From Phycisphaerales bacterium (lineage in GTDB: Bacteria > Planctomycetota > Phycisphaerae > WQYP01), in assembly GCA_027451365.1 (NCBI GenBank), contig DAIDJN010000049.1, positions 1 to 33,014 of the forward strand: 33,014 bases of DNA, given 5' to 3'. The translations under genes and the position numbers were made by a program. Positions 18,912 through 28,780 of the stretch are shown here, one piece after another (the stretch's first letter is position 1; each line of letters starts with the position of its first letter). The notes beneath the pieces were generated by a model. It did no database searches, had not been told where the DNA came from, and saw only the letters and a program-made list of their open reading frames with translations.

Positions 18912-19340
18912 TTATTTTGGAGAAAATGCGTTTTTATGATAGCGCACCACCGGCTCGCCGTCGATCGGCCAGATCACCGCGGCAACATCGAATCGCGGGG
19001 TAAAAGATTTAAGACCCCGTTGACCCATGAACTGCCGTGCGGCTCTGCGCAGAAAATGGCGCTTGCCGTCCCCAATAGTCCGCTCTGGTGAACCGGACAA
19101 CTCTGACCGGCGGGTGCGGACTTCTATAAAGACAATATCCGCACCGTCTATCGCAATAATATCCAGTTCGCCACCGACAAACCGCTGGTTCCGCGCGACA
19201 ATTTTCATGCCCAGTTTCCGGCGGGCGTGGACGACGACCAGGGCCTCGCCGCGCGTGCCCAGTGCTTGGGCGGTAGTTGGCGAGCGGCTTTTTTTCAGCC
19301 GCAACAGACGACTTAAAAAGTCCCGCACAGCCATGAGCAA
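18912..19340 (-). CDS. YraN (UPF0102) family PD-(D/E)xK nuclease-like protein
   Basis: LG..GE, RN....GELDIIA, VFIEVRTR and RFDV...NAF motifs. Confidence 0.9.
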   Translation of the reverse strand: MLMAVRDFLSRLLRLKKSRSPTTAQALGTRGEALVVVHARRKLGMKIVARNQRFVGGELDIIAIDGADIVFIEVRTRRSELSGSPERTIGDGKRHFLRRAARQFMGQRGLKSFTPRFDVAAVIWPIDGEPVVRYHKNAFSPK

Positions 19341-19411
19341 GTTAGCCTCTGGACAGACGTCTGTAAATTATACGAGCCAGCGCTGGCCCGCCCGCCTCTG
19401 GAAACCGGCGA

Positions 19412-20437
19412 TCAGCCGGCTTTTTTGTGCGTATAATAGCCGGGCATTGGACTGCCAAGCTTTTTCCAATGGGCGATAATCGCTTCAGATTTGCCCGCGC
19501 TGTTAAGCACATGCAGTTTGCGCTGCACCATGGAAATAATAGCCTCGCGCGCCGGGCCAAGATAATTACGCGGGTCGAATTCCGCTGGCTTGGTCGCGAA
19601 TACCTCCCGAATTTTTGCGGTCATGGCCAGGCGAAGATCGGTATCAATATTCACCTTGCATACGCCGTATTTACTGACGGCCATGTGAATCTGATCTTCC
19701 GGAACGCCTTTGGCATTGGGCATTGCACCGCCATATTTGTTCACCAGGTCAATAAATTCCTGCGGCACACTGCTGGAACCGTGCATAACCAAGGGAATAC
19801 CAGGGCAGGTTTTCATAATTTCTTCAATGCGGCCGAAGGCCAGTTTAGCCTCATGCTTGAACTTGAAAGCACCATGACTGGTACCAATGGCCACAGCCAG
19901 GGAATCAAGGCCGGTCCGCTTGCAGAAATCGGCCGCCTGCACCGGGTCGGTCAGGAATTTTTCCACATTTTTTTCATATTCCGCGGCATCCAGACCGACC
20001 ACGTCTTCTTCAATCCCGCCCAACATGCCAAGTTCGGCCTCCACGACGACGCCGCTGGCATGGGCGATTTTTACCGCTTCGGCGGTCAGATGCACGTTTT
20101 CCTCATAAGGATGGTGGCTGCCATCAATCATCACGCTGGTGTAACCGTCATTGACGCAGGTTTTGATCAGATCCACCGTGTCGCCGTGGTCACAGTGGAT
20201 TGCGACCGGAATTTCCGGATGGTCGGCTACGGCCGCATCAATAATAGCCTTAAGGTAACGGATATTGGCGTACTTCCGGGCCCCCTTGGAAATTTGCAGA
20301 ATGCATGGACTTTTCTCTTTCGCGCAGGCTTCAATGATGGACTGGGCGAGTTCCATATTGTTCACATTGAACGCGCCAATCGCAAATCCGCCGGTATAAG
20401 CAAGATCAAACATCGCTTTGGTGGTCATAAGAGGCAT
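19412..20437 (-). CDS. fba: Class II fructose-1,6-bisphosphate aldolase
   Basis: GAFNVNN, H.DHG, SVMIDGS, VEAELG, AIGTSHGAFK, LVMHGSS and KVNIDTD. Confidence 0.95.
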   Translation of the reverse strand: MPLMTTKAMFDLAYTGGFAIGAFNVNNMELAQSIIEACAKEKSPCILQISKGARKYANIRYLKAIIDAAVADHPEIPVAIHCDHGDTVDLIKTCVNDGYTSVMIDGSHHPYEENVHLTAEAVKIAHASGVVVEAELGMLGGIEEDVVGLDAAEYEKNVEKFLTDPVQAADFCKRTGLDSLAVAIGTSHGAFKFKHEAKLAFGRIEEIMKTCPGIPLVMHGSSSVPQEFIDLVNKYGGAMPNAKGVPEDQIHMAVSKYGVCKVNIDTDLRLAMTAKIREVFATKPAEFDPRNYLGPAREAIISMVQRKLHVLNSAGKSEAIIAHWKKLGSPMPGYYTHKKAG

Positions 20438-20793
20438 GGTGTTAACCTTTCAAAAACAAAAATCCGAACTGCGTCCAGCCGATAAAAGGATTTCCGGCCC
20501 GGAACAGAGTCCCAAACCGGACAGTTTAGGGCAAAACAATACCGTCTGCCAAGTGTCCAATTGCGACATCCGGCAACATTGAGCAAATAACCGGTTTGGG
20601 CGTTATGAGACAACGATTTTCCCAAATGGGTAATTAATTTACCTCATACCAGACGCATCCGGACGGTTGTCCCTGAAAATCGCCAGGGTAGATGCGCCGC
20701 CAGTTGTACCGGTAATGGGTGGGACTACTTCTGCCCCCCGGTTTCCATGCGCAGGTAACCAGCCAACGACGGCAAATCTTGAGTATGACTAAC

Positions 20794-21633
20794 CTACCGG
20801 CGGCGGAGTTTTACCGTTTCCCACCATTGTCGGGCAAAGGGTTGAAGTGCGGCAACAAATGATTCGGGAATGGAGGCCGAGCAATCCTGCGGCACCTGTG
20901 GCAATTGTGCCAGCATAGGCGCGTGAATAATATGCGGCAATTCCTCCAGGCTGGTTGTAGCGGCCATATCGGGCGGGTCTGGAACATGGTTTGCCACCAG
21001 ACCCACCAGCGGCAGATTCCGATGCCGAATACACTCGGCGGTAAGCCATGTGTGGTTGAGCGTTCCAAGGTAGGCCGCCGTCACCAATACCACGGGCAAA
21101 GCGAAAATAGATGCCATGTCCGCGACAGTAAACAGGCGGTTATCAAGCGGAACCAGCCAGCCACCGGCACCCTCCACCAACAAAAAATCGCAGTGCGTTC
21201 GCCAGTATTCCATGGCTCTGGCCAGGGCGGTCCAGTCGGGCGAGCGATCTTCAATTCTGGCGGCAATGTGCGGAGAGACCGGCGCGGCATAGCGAATCGG
21301 GCTGGCAAAGCGTAATACCTGATCGTCCGATGGGTCCAGCCCCGCCATTCGGGAACTAATCGCCGCGTCGGGCGAAAGCAAGTCGTCATTTCGCAAGGCA
21401 CCGGCTGATCCGCGTTGCGGATGCTTTGGACAGCCGCTGGCAATCGCTTTGCATATACCGACCCTGATGCCCAATGACGCAAACGCGCCTGCCAGAGCCG
21501 CCGTCACCGTTGTTTTACCGATATCCGTGCTGGTGCCGGTTATAAACAGACCCGGCCCGCCAAAGGCCTTAAGAATTTTCCACGGGTCCATTTCCACTGG
21601 AACTTCGGCGGTGGCGGCCGCAACATTCTTCAT
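20794..21633 (-). CDS. bioD: Dethiobiotin synthase
   Basis: FITGT.TDIGKT, P.SPH.AA, LVEGAGG and LGTLNHT; ATGA overlap with bioA. Confidence 0.93.
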   Translation of the reverse strand: MKNVAAATAEVPVEMDPWKILKAFGGPGLFITGTSTDIGKTTVTAALAGAFASLGIRVGICKAIASGCPKHPQRGSAGALRNDDLLSPDAAISSRMAGLDPSDDQVLRFASPIRYAAPVSPHIAARIEDRSPDWTALARAMEYWRTHCDFLLVEGAGGWLVPLDNRLFTVADMASIFALPVVLVTAAYLGTLNHTWLTAECIRHRNLPLVGLVANHVPDPPDMAATTSLEELPHIIHAPMLAQLPQVPQDCSASIPESFVAALQPFARQWWETVKLRRR

Positions 21634-23042
21634 GATTTTTTCTCCTGGCCGCGCACGGCTTCGTCAAGTTCTTTGTCAATACATTCTATCACAATACGGG
21701 CGATCGTTTTGATACTATCGGGTCCTATCGCCAACGGCGGCATGATCACCAGCACATCGCCGAGTGGACGCATTAAAATGCCGGCCCCGCGCATACGGTT
21801 GCAAAGTGCCCCGCCCACGCGCCATTGCCACGGGTAACGTTCGCCGGTGTGACGGCTTTTTATAATTTCCACCGCGGCGGTCAATCCGACCTGGCGCACA
21901 TCACCGACATGGTCATGATTCCGCAAAACGGAAATTTCCTCCCACAGCAATTGCCCCATGGCCCGCGAATGTTCAAGCAATCGGCGGCTGGCGAACAAAT
22001 CCAACGATGCAATTCCGACCGCACAGGCCAGTGGATTACCTGTGTAGGTATGTCCATGATAAAATGTTTTGCCCACGTTCGGATCGTCATAAAAAGCGTC
22101 AAAAACGCGGGCCGTGGTTAATGTCGCCCCCAGCGGCATGTAACCCGCGGTCAGCCCCTTGGAAAGGCATAAAAGGTCCGGGCAAACCTGTTCATGGTCG
22201 GAGGCGAACATTCGCCCCGTGCGACCGAAGCCGGTCATGACCTCATCGCAGATCAGCAGAAGATTGTGGCGGTCGGCCATATGGCGCAATCGCTTCAGAG
22301 TTCCGGACGGATGCATGATCATGCCGCCGGCTCCCTGCACCACCGGTTCAATTATAATTCCGGCATATCGGCCGGTATTGGCCAGAATCAGGGATTCCAT
22401 TGCCCGTTCCCACGGCATTGCCGCGCCAGAAGCGGCCAAAGATTCAGTGGCGGCGTTCAGGCCGGCAAATGGGGCGAGTTGCGGCGGAGTTACCCGATCA
22501 ACCGGGAAACAGAGCGGAGCGTACACCTGGTGAAATGCCGGTATGCCCCCCACCGAAACCGCGCCCAGAGTATCACCATGATACGCCTCGCCGAAAGCCA
22601 GAAATCGGCTTTTTTCCGGCTGCCCCTGGTTGGCCCAGAACTGATAGGCCATTTTGCAGGCCACTTCCACGGCCGTGCTGCCGTCATCACTGAAGAAGAC
22701 TTTTCGCAATCCGGCAGGTGCAATATCAATCAACCGGGCGGCGAGTTCAATGCTGGGAATATTGCACAAGCCCAGCAGCGTGCTGTGCGCCACCTGGTCA
22801 AGCTGGTCGCGCACTGCCTGATCCAGTTCTGGCACGTGATGGCCGTGAACATTGCACCAGAGTGAGGACACCGCATCAATATATTTACGGCCATGGGTAT
22901 CAAATAAAAATTCACCCTGTCCGCGGGCAATAATCAGCGGGTCCTTTTTATCCATCCAGGCCTTCATTGGGGTAAAAGGATGCCAGACGTATTGCCGATC
23001 CATGTCCAGCAATTCCTGTGTGGTTCGCCGCTTGTTTACCAT
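21630..23042 (-). CDS. bioA: Adenosylmethionine-8-amino-7-oxononanoate aminotransferase
   Basis: VWHPFT, DAVSSLWCNVHGH, DDGSTAVEVA.K, YHGDT.G, DEVMTGFGRTG, SKGLTAGY and HGHTYTGNP; GGAAGG RBS supports the start at 23042. Confidence 0.95.
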   Translation of the reverse strand: MVNKRRTTQELLDMDRQYVWHPFTPMKAWMDKKDPLIIARGQGEFLFDTHGRKYIDAVSSLWCNVHGHHVPELDQAVRDQLDQVAHSTLLGLCNIPSIELAARLIDIAPAGLRKVFFSDDGSTAVEVACKMAYQFWANQGQPEKSRFLAFGEAYHGDTLGAVSVGGIPAFHQVYAPLCFPVDRVTPPQLAPFAGLNAATESLAASGAAMPWERAMESLILANTGRYAGIIIEPVVQGAGGMIMHPSGTLKRLRHMADRHNLLLICDEVMTGFGRTGRMFASDHEQVCPDLLCLSKGLTAGYMPLGATLTTARVFDAFYDDPNVGKTFYHGHTYTGNPLACAVGIASLDLFASRRLLEHSRAMGQLLWEEISVLRNHDHVGDVRQVGLTAAVEIIKSRHTGERYPWQWRVGGALCNRMRGAGILMRPLGDVLVIMPPLAIGPDSIKTIARIVIECIDKELDEAVRGQEKKS

Positions 23043-23169
23043 GCCTGACCTTCCAATAGAGAGTCTGTTGCAAATAGTCGCGGATCTACGGCAGGAACTG
23101 GCGGCAGCCATGTGTGCAATGCCGCCGTTCCGCGTTGGTCCGCGCCGGGATGCCAGTATAATATGCGCT

Positions 23170-23907
23170 ATGGCTTTTCGTGACTTCGCATCTTCTTTTT
23201 TTGGGCGCCTCCGGAAGGAAGAATTGCCGAATTTCACAGCGCCGGTCGGAAGTCCGTCGGACACCGTCGCACTACGGGCCGCCCGCGCAGACATGGTTCG
23301 CCAGCAACTTCGCCCGCGCGGAATATGCGATGCAAAAGTACTTTGTGCGATGGCCCGACTGCCCCGTCATGAATTCCTGCCGGTACCAATCCGGACCGAG
23401 GCCTATGGTGATAAGGCGGTGGCAATTGGCGAGGGTCAAACCATCAGTCAACCCTATATCGTGGCATTTATGACTGCGCAACTCGCCCCGCGACCCACCA
23501 GTCGCGTACTGGAAATCGGCACGGGAACGGGCTACCAGACCGCACTTCTGGCGATGCTCGCCGAAAAAGTCTACACCATTGAAAGGATCGAATCTCTTCA
23601 CCGGCTGTCCAGCCGGCTTCTGCTGGATATGGGATTTTCCAATATATTTTTTCGGCTTGCCGATGGAAGTGGCGGCTGGCCCGAACAAGGCCCGTTTGAC
23701 CGAATCATTATCACAGCCGCCGCGCCGGCCGTGGCGGCTCCGCTGCTGGACCAACTGGCCCCCGGCGGCCGGATGATTCTGCCGCTGGGAGACCGAAGCA
23801 GCCAGAACCTTGTACTGGTGGAGAAAGAGGACCACGGCATAAGGCAGACCCCCCTGCTGGCATGCCGCTTTGTTCCACTGCTGGGCGAATTCGCGTGGTC
23901 CGATTGA
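23170..23907 (+). CDS. pcm: Protein-L-isoaspartate O-methyltransferase
   Basis: PRH.F, GQTISQP, VLEIGTGTGYQTA, PFDRIIITAAA and FVPL; start position uncertain. Confidence 0.93.
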   Translation: MAFRDFASSFFGRLRKEELPNFTAPVGSPSDTVALRAARADMVRQQLRPRGICDAKVLCAMARLPRHEFLPVPIRTEAYGDKAVAIGEGQTISQPYIVAFMTAQLAPRPTSRVLEIGTGTGYQTALLAMLAEKVYTIERIESLHRLSSRLLLDMGFSNIFFRLADGSGGWPEQGPFDRIIITAAAPAVAAPLLDQLAPGGRMILPLGDRSSQNLVLVEKEDHGIRQTPLLACRFVPLLGEFAWSD

Positions 23908-23959
23908 CCCGCCCGCACAAAATGAGAGGTAGTGCCACAGCCGACAATATAGCGCGCTG

Positions 23960-24982
23960 TTATTGGCTCGCGGCTTCGGGTGTAATCAGCAGATAAGCCA
24001 AATCATTCTGTCGCAACAGTTTGACCGCCGTATGTTTGCCGATCAGTTCTTCGGTTAACAGGCGATGCAGATCATCCAGGCCGTTTAAGTCTTTTTGGTC
24101 CAGCCCAAGAATCATATCGCCAGGCAGCACGCCGGCTCGATCGGCCGGGCCGCCGGGTTCAACAGCTTCCACCGCTATGCCGGTCGAAATATCCAGCTTG
24201 TAAAACTGCGCTATCCGCCGGGGTAAGGCCACATTGCGAGCCGCGACACCAATGCAGCTTCGCTGCACACGGCCAAACCGAATCAGCCGGGAAGCCACAA
24301 ATTGTGCTGTATTGGCCGAAATGGCAAAGCAGATTCCCTGCGCCGGAAGAATGACGGCCGTGTTCACGCCCACCACCCGGCCTGAAGAATTCACCAGCGG
24401 GCCGCCGGAATTACCGGGATTCAACGCCGCATCAGTTTGAATGACGCCGTCAATAAGGCGGCCGGATCCGCTGCGAAAACTGCGAGCCAGCGCACTGACC
24501 ACCCCGGCCGTAACGGTGGATTGAAAGCCCAGCGGGCTGCCGATGGCGATGACCAGTTGGCCGACCTTCAGACGTGATGAATCGCCGAATTCAGCAATCG
24601 GCATGTCGGATGCGTCCATCCGCAAAACGGCCAGATCGGTGTGCGGGTCATCACCAATTAGTGCGGCGGAATGCCGTCGGCCGTCCGCGGCGGTCACTTT
24701 GAATTCCGCGGCATTCTGCACCACATGGCTGTTGGTAAGCAAAAAGCCGTCGGGCGTAAAAATAAAGCCCGAACCTGTTCCACCGCTGCCTGCGCGGCTA
24801 GTCTTGCGTTTTTGATGAATCACTTCAATATTAACCACGCTGGGCGCAACGGCCTGCACAGCCTGCGAAACGGCACGGGAATAGGCATCCAGAAGTTCGT
24901 CATCTTCGACCGAATGCGTGGATTGAAATACCGTTGTGGGGTGCGCTGGTAAATTAGAAAAATCAGATTCCGCCCGCGTCAT
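23960..24982 (-). CDS. HtrA/DegP-family (S1C) serine protease with one PDZ domain and no evident signal peptide
   Basis: GSGF...TNSHVV, DLAVL, IQTDAALNPGNSGGPL and a C-terminal PDZ domain. Confidence 0.93.
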   Translation of the reverse strand: MTRAESDFSNLPAHPTTVFQSTHSVEDDELLDAYSRAVSQAVQAVAPSVVNIEVIHQKRKTSRAGSGGTGSGFIFTPDGFLLTNSHVVQNAAEFKVTAADGRRHSAALIGDDPHTDLAVLRMDASDMPIAEFGDSSRLKVGQLVIAIGSPLGFQSTVTAGVVSALARSFRSGSGRLIDGVIQTDAALNPGNSGGPLVNSSGRVVGVNTAVILPAQGICFAISANTAQFVASRLIRFGRVQRSCIGVAARNVALPRRIAQFYKLDISTGIAVEAVEPGGPADRAGVLPGDMILGLDQKDLNGLDDLHRLLTEELIGKHTAVKLLRQNDLAYLLITPEAASQ

Positions 24983-25369
24983 GGCGTTTCTCCTGTTGCG
25001 TCGGGGTGGCCATCAGTCTGTCCAAACTTTCGGACGGGATGCGGCACGCCGTTGGGATATTGTAGGCAGGCATTTCTGCGGCGAGGTTCTGATGGCTGGC
25101 GGTTGTCAACGCAAAACGCGGGAAACCAAAATTCCGCGGCAAACCGTGATTACTGCAAGCGGTCCGACAGTATCCGGACCGATTCCCGGCGCGATCGTTT
25201 TCACCCTTAGACGATAGGACAAAAGATTCAATCCCTTGGCCACGGAAAAGCCGTCTTTGCGCGGGCTGTCCGGGGATTATGCCGTTATTCAATCACGCCG
25301 CGACTGTGACAATGCGAGCCGGATGCCCGCACCGCGGGCATTGCAGGAGTAGCGTTGCCGCACGGTAGC

Positions 25370-26077
25370 TTATGATGCGGGTGGTTGTGCGATGACGGCG
25401 GTTGGCGGCTCGGAAAGGACTTCATCGACCAGACCATATTTTTTTGCGGCCTGCGCATCGAAATATTTATCACGTTCCTGGTCTTCGGCGACTTTTTCCC
25501 GCGGCTGGCCAGTTAATTTAGCCAGCAGATCGGTCAGCAGTTCCTTGGTTTTAAGAATCTCTTCAGCTTGAATGGCGATGTCCGCGGTCTGGCCGTAAAT
25601 GCCTCCGAAGGGCTGGTGAATCATGACTTTGGCATGAGGCAGTGCAAACCGCTTGCCTTTGGCACCTGCGGCGAGCACCACGGCTCCGCCGCTCATAGCC
25701 TTGCCGACACAAAACGTGGCGACTTCGCAGGTCAGGAATCGCATAGTGTCATAAATGGCCAGTGTGTCATCCACGGATCCGCCGGGCGAATTGATATACA
25801 GATTAATTTCCTGATCTTTACGCACAGATTGCAGATAAAGCAGCCGCATGATGACGTTGGTGGCCGAAACGTGGTCAATTTCCCCTACCAGAAATACCAC
25901 GCGGTTTTCCAGCAGCATTTCATCCACAGTCATTTGGCGCCAGCGCTGATAATCGCCGGCAATGCGCGGATTCATATCCCGACGGAACGGTTGAACGCCA
26001 GCCGGGCTTGTCGCGTCGGTTGTGCTCTGTAGAGGTACGGGCGATATGGGATTTCCGCGGGAATTAAACAAAGTCAT
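25370..26077 (-). CDS. clpP: ATP-dependent Clp protease proteolytic subunit
   Basis: YINSPGGS; catalytic triad in AMSGG (Ser), MIHQP (His) and ERD (Asp). Confidence 0.93.
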   Translation of the reverse strand: MTLFNSRGNPISPVPLQSTTDATSPAGVQPFRRDMNPRIAGDYQRWRQMTVDEMLLENRVVFLVGEIDHVSATNVIMRLLYLQSVRKDQEINLYINSPGGSVDDTLAIYDTMRFLTCEVATFCVGKAMSGGAVVLAAGAKGKRFALPHAKVMIHQPFGGIYGQTADIAIQAEEILKTKELLTDLLAKLTGQPREKVAEDQERDKYFDAQAAKKYGLVDEVLSEPPTAVIAQPPAS

Positions 26078-26160
26078 GATTCTGGCACTCAAAAAAAAAA
26101 AAGACAATCCATTTCCAAACGACGCAACATCATACGCGCACCGAAGGCACCAGGCAAAGT

Positions 26161-26775
26161 CTATGCGAACAGTCGCATAATGCAATCCTGAATTTCGCGA
26201 AGCGCCGCGGGGGCATGCACCGCCTCCGAAGTACCGACAGTCAGCGGTTCTTTCAGTTCCACCCAGCTTCTGCAGCCGATATAGTCATCGTGCATCGGCA
26301 ATTCAACGGGCTGGGCCAGTCGACGAACATCCAGCAGGACCAGATAGAGCGGATAATTCGGCCGATAATTGAAACGCATATCCAACAGCTTTTCATTCCA
26401 GATATGCAGGTGATTCAGACGATCCATCCGCATGCGGTCGGGAACCGGAGTAATCCAGAAAACATTGGCCCATGAGTGAATAACAATTTTTTCCGGTTCG
26501 CGCGTGGCGGGTGTTACCCGCGGGGCATATTCGGGCTTCAGCATATCCGGATTCTGATGAACAACCGTCGGATAGAGCAGAAAGCGGCGGTGCTCAAGTT
26601 CAAATTCGCCCGCGCTTTCATACACGCCCCCTTTGCGAAGCAGAATGGCCTGCTGGCCCTGTGCCAGGATATCGCACAGCAGCGACCATTCCTTTAGGGC
26701 AACCGCAAAGCTGTCGGTTGATGTTGCCGCATGCGGCAGGCCTGAGCCGCCGAAATTGACGTGCGTATCGCCCAT
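26161..26775 (-). CDS. DUF1802 family protein
   Basis: ALKEW......G.Q.ILLRKGG..E, FLLYPT..HQ and Y.GC.SWV motifs. Confidence 0.85.
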   Translation of the reverse strand: MGDTHVNFGGSGLPHAATSTDSFAVALKEWSLLCDILAQGQQAILLRKGGVYESAGEFELEHRRFLLYPTVVHQNPDMLKPEYAPRVTPATREPEKIVIHSWANVFWITPVPDRMRMDRLNHLHIWNEKLLDMRFNYRPNYPLYLVLLDVRRLAQPVELPMHDDYIGCRSWVELKEPLTVGTSEAVHAPAALREIQDCIMRLFA

Positions 26776-27720
26776 TTAGTCCCGCCCGAGAAAATGGAAT
26801 TCCTGGACATAGGTAAGGTAGATGTAATTCAAGCCATGATATTCCGTTACGCGGCCGCTGACGCGGAAGGCTACGCGCGTGCCCTGGCGAGCGGCGATGG
26901 TGCGCATTTTTTCCAGCAGCGGCCCGGGCATCACACCAATAGTAGGGCTGTAGCGCCTGGACCCATTTGAGTCCAAGGCGAGAAACCAATGGTTCGTTTC
27001 CGGATTGTGCAGCAGCCGTGCGCGACGATTCCATAAATAAGCCCCCTCCGGCCATGGCCGCCATTTTTGGTCAACCGTGAATTCAGGTGAGGCAAGTTGC
27101 GAACGAACGGCCAGCTTGCCTTTGGCCGCTGGCGGCGCCTGCAAAGGGCGCGCGATATGATGCTTAAGCAACGCGGCCAAAATTTCCGCCGGCGATTCGC
27201 CGCTGGCACTCACCCGATTGATTGTTTTACCGACCGGTTTTGGCGGCAATTTTCCCGGTCGCCTGGCAAGAACCTGAATGTTTTGCGAAATCAGGAGATA
27301 TGGCTTACCTTTGTAAAGCGTCACGATTCCGCTGATTAAAAAGAGCTTTCCATGTTTGGCGTGCTTGTTCGGCTTATCCGCGTTCTGAAGGGTGGCCAGC
27401 GCGACATTGGGAAGAATTCGCACGGATTCAGGCCAGCCTTTGCCGGGATTCCGCCAGACAAACCGATAATAACCGCCAATAGGTTTGCGGCTTATCCGGC
27501 CTGCAACCTGTGAAATAAGCATATCCTGCGTCAGTCCGGGCGGCTTTTTAACAGCCTTGACGGGCGAAATGGCCGATTTGGCGACTCGGGCCGGCTCGCC
27601 GGGATTCGCAGCCCGCGCGGCGGTCGCGGATGGTGCCGCGGCCCCGCAGCGCGTCGCTGAGTTTACGCCACAGGCAACCAGCAGACACAAGACCAGAATT
27701 GAAGGACATGTGATTTTCAT
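26776..27720 (-). CDS. Hypothetical lipoprotein with two related beta-rich repeats
   Basis: Lipobox-like LVA-C; repeats ILPNVAL...FLISGIVTLYKGKPYLLI and VMPGPLL...FRVSGRVTEYHGLNYIYL; its stop abuts the DUF1802 ATG. Confidence 0.7.
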   Translation of the reverse strand: MKITCPSILVLCLLVACGVNSATRCGAAAPSATAARAANPGEPARVAKSAISPVKAVKKPPGLTQDMLISQVAGRISRKPIGGYYRFVWRNPGKGWPESVRILPNVALATLQNADKPNKHAKHGKLFLISGIVTLYKGKPYLLISQNIQVLARRPGKLPPKPVGKTINRVSASGESPAEILAALLKHHIARPLQAPPAAKGKLAVRSQLASPEFTVDQKWRPWPEGAYLWNRRARLLHNPETNHWFLALDSNGSRRYSPTIGVMPGPLLEKMRTIAARQGTRVAFRVSGRVTEYHGLNYIYLTYVQEFHFLGRD

Positions 27721-27807
27721 GACGAGTCCATCCTGATTTAAACAAGTACCGCGTTGCCAGACCGGACGGCCCGCAAACCGCCGCGACAGCACGGTTACCG
27801 GCACCGG

Positions 27808-28233
27808 TTAACCGATGATGGCGGTGGCTTCAATTTCGACAAGTGCGGCGTCATCAATCAGCTTGGCCACCTGAATCAAAACCGTCGCCGGGCGAATATC
27901 ACCAAAAATATCGCCGTGGGCGGCGGCCACCATTTCCCAATCGGCAATGCGGGTCAGATATATGCGGGTCATCATGACATCTTGCATCCGGCCGCCCAAA
28001 GCCTCTATGGCGGACTGAATGATGGCCAGGGACCGCCGGGCCTGTGCGCCGGGGTCTGGTGAAAAGGTTTTATCCGCTTCAATGCCGACACTGCCGCTGA
28101 CAAAAATCTGGTTGCCCTTTTTTACCGCGCGGCTGTAACCGAGCTTGGGTTCCCACACGCTGCCGGTACTGACGGTGACTCGGCCATGACGGGTGATGGT
28201 CGTATATGGTATAGGGGCTTTATCCTGACTCAC
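27808..28233 (-). CDS. RidA/YjgF/UK114 family protein
   Basis: WE...GYSRAV..G..IFVSG, Q......I..A, RPA and LVEIEA; GGAG RBS before GTG 28233. Confidence 0.9.
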   Translation of the reverse strand: MSQDKAPIPYTTITRHGRVTVSTGSVWEPKLGYSRAVKKGNQIFVSGSVGIEADKTFSPDPGAQARRSLAIIQSAIEALGGRMQDVMMTRIYLTRIADWEMVAAAHGDIFGDIRPATVLIQVAKLIDDAALVEIEATAIIG

Positions 28234-28485
28234 GCAATTCTCCAGAAAGCAGATTTCCAGTATCATCCGGATAAACAGATTATTTTCTGATTCCGGGCCA
28301 TTGGTATCTTGAATTATAATGCCAACTGCGATGAGTCTCAAAGACCGCTGATAAACAGACAGGGTCGCAGGGGCACATGGTCATTGATCCGCCGTAGCCC
28401 GGCATTCGCCGCATGACAGCAAGATGCCAGTGTCAGTCCAGTTGCCGAAAGTTTAATCTTGATCGCACCGAATAAACAATGTCAC

Positions 28486-28506
28486 CACGGCGGCATGACC
28501 GCCGTG
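28486..28506. repeat. Perfect 8-bp hairpin, REP-like
   Basis: CACGGCGG-catga-CCGCCGTG in intergenic DNA. Confidence 0.4.
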
Positions 28507-28780
28507 AGCGCAACGAGGGTTTTAACCACGATGACGCGAAGGCGCAAAGTTTTTTTTAACCGGCAACAAGCACCATGGCGGGACAACTGGTTTCAAGGAA
28601 CAATAAAAACTCCTGACCGGAAGAAGGGTCGCGGGCGATGCGTTTTTCTTGTGTTGGGGATGTTGGAGGGGTATAAACAGGCCATTGCAAATGGGTATGC
28701 CGGGTTCGCGGTTTGATGGGTTTATCGCGGGCCGAGGCGCCCTGCCTTTCAATTTCCTGACATCCGCATTCGGGGTAGTT

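Noticed and set aside
19427..20485. 352-aa ORF antisense to fba (similar long antisense ORFs lie over accC, glyA and pilT)
   Set aside because: Shadow ORFs typical of GC-rich codon usage opposite conserved genes; no motifs of their own.
22852..23294. Apparent 440-nt head-to-head overlap of bioA and pcm, with a shared CATG at 23040-23043
   Set aside because: Artefact of longest-ORF calling. Homology and RBS place bioA at 23042 and pcm at about 23170 or later, leaving a normal divergent spacer.
24963..25292. 109-aa ORF between clpP and htrA
   Set aside because: No recognisable motif, atypical composition, and overlap with the htrA start; more likely promoter or UTR.
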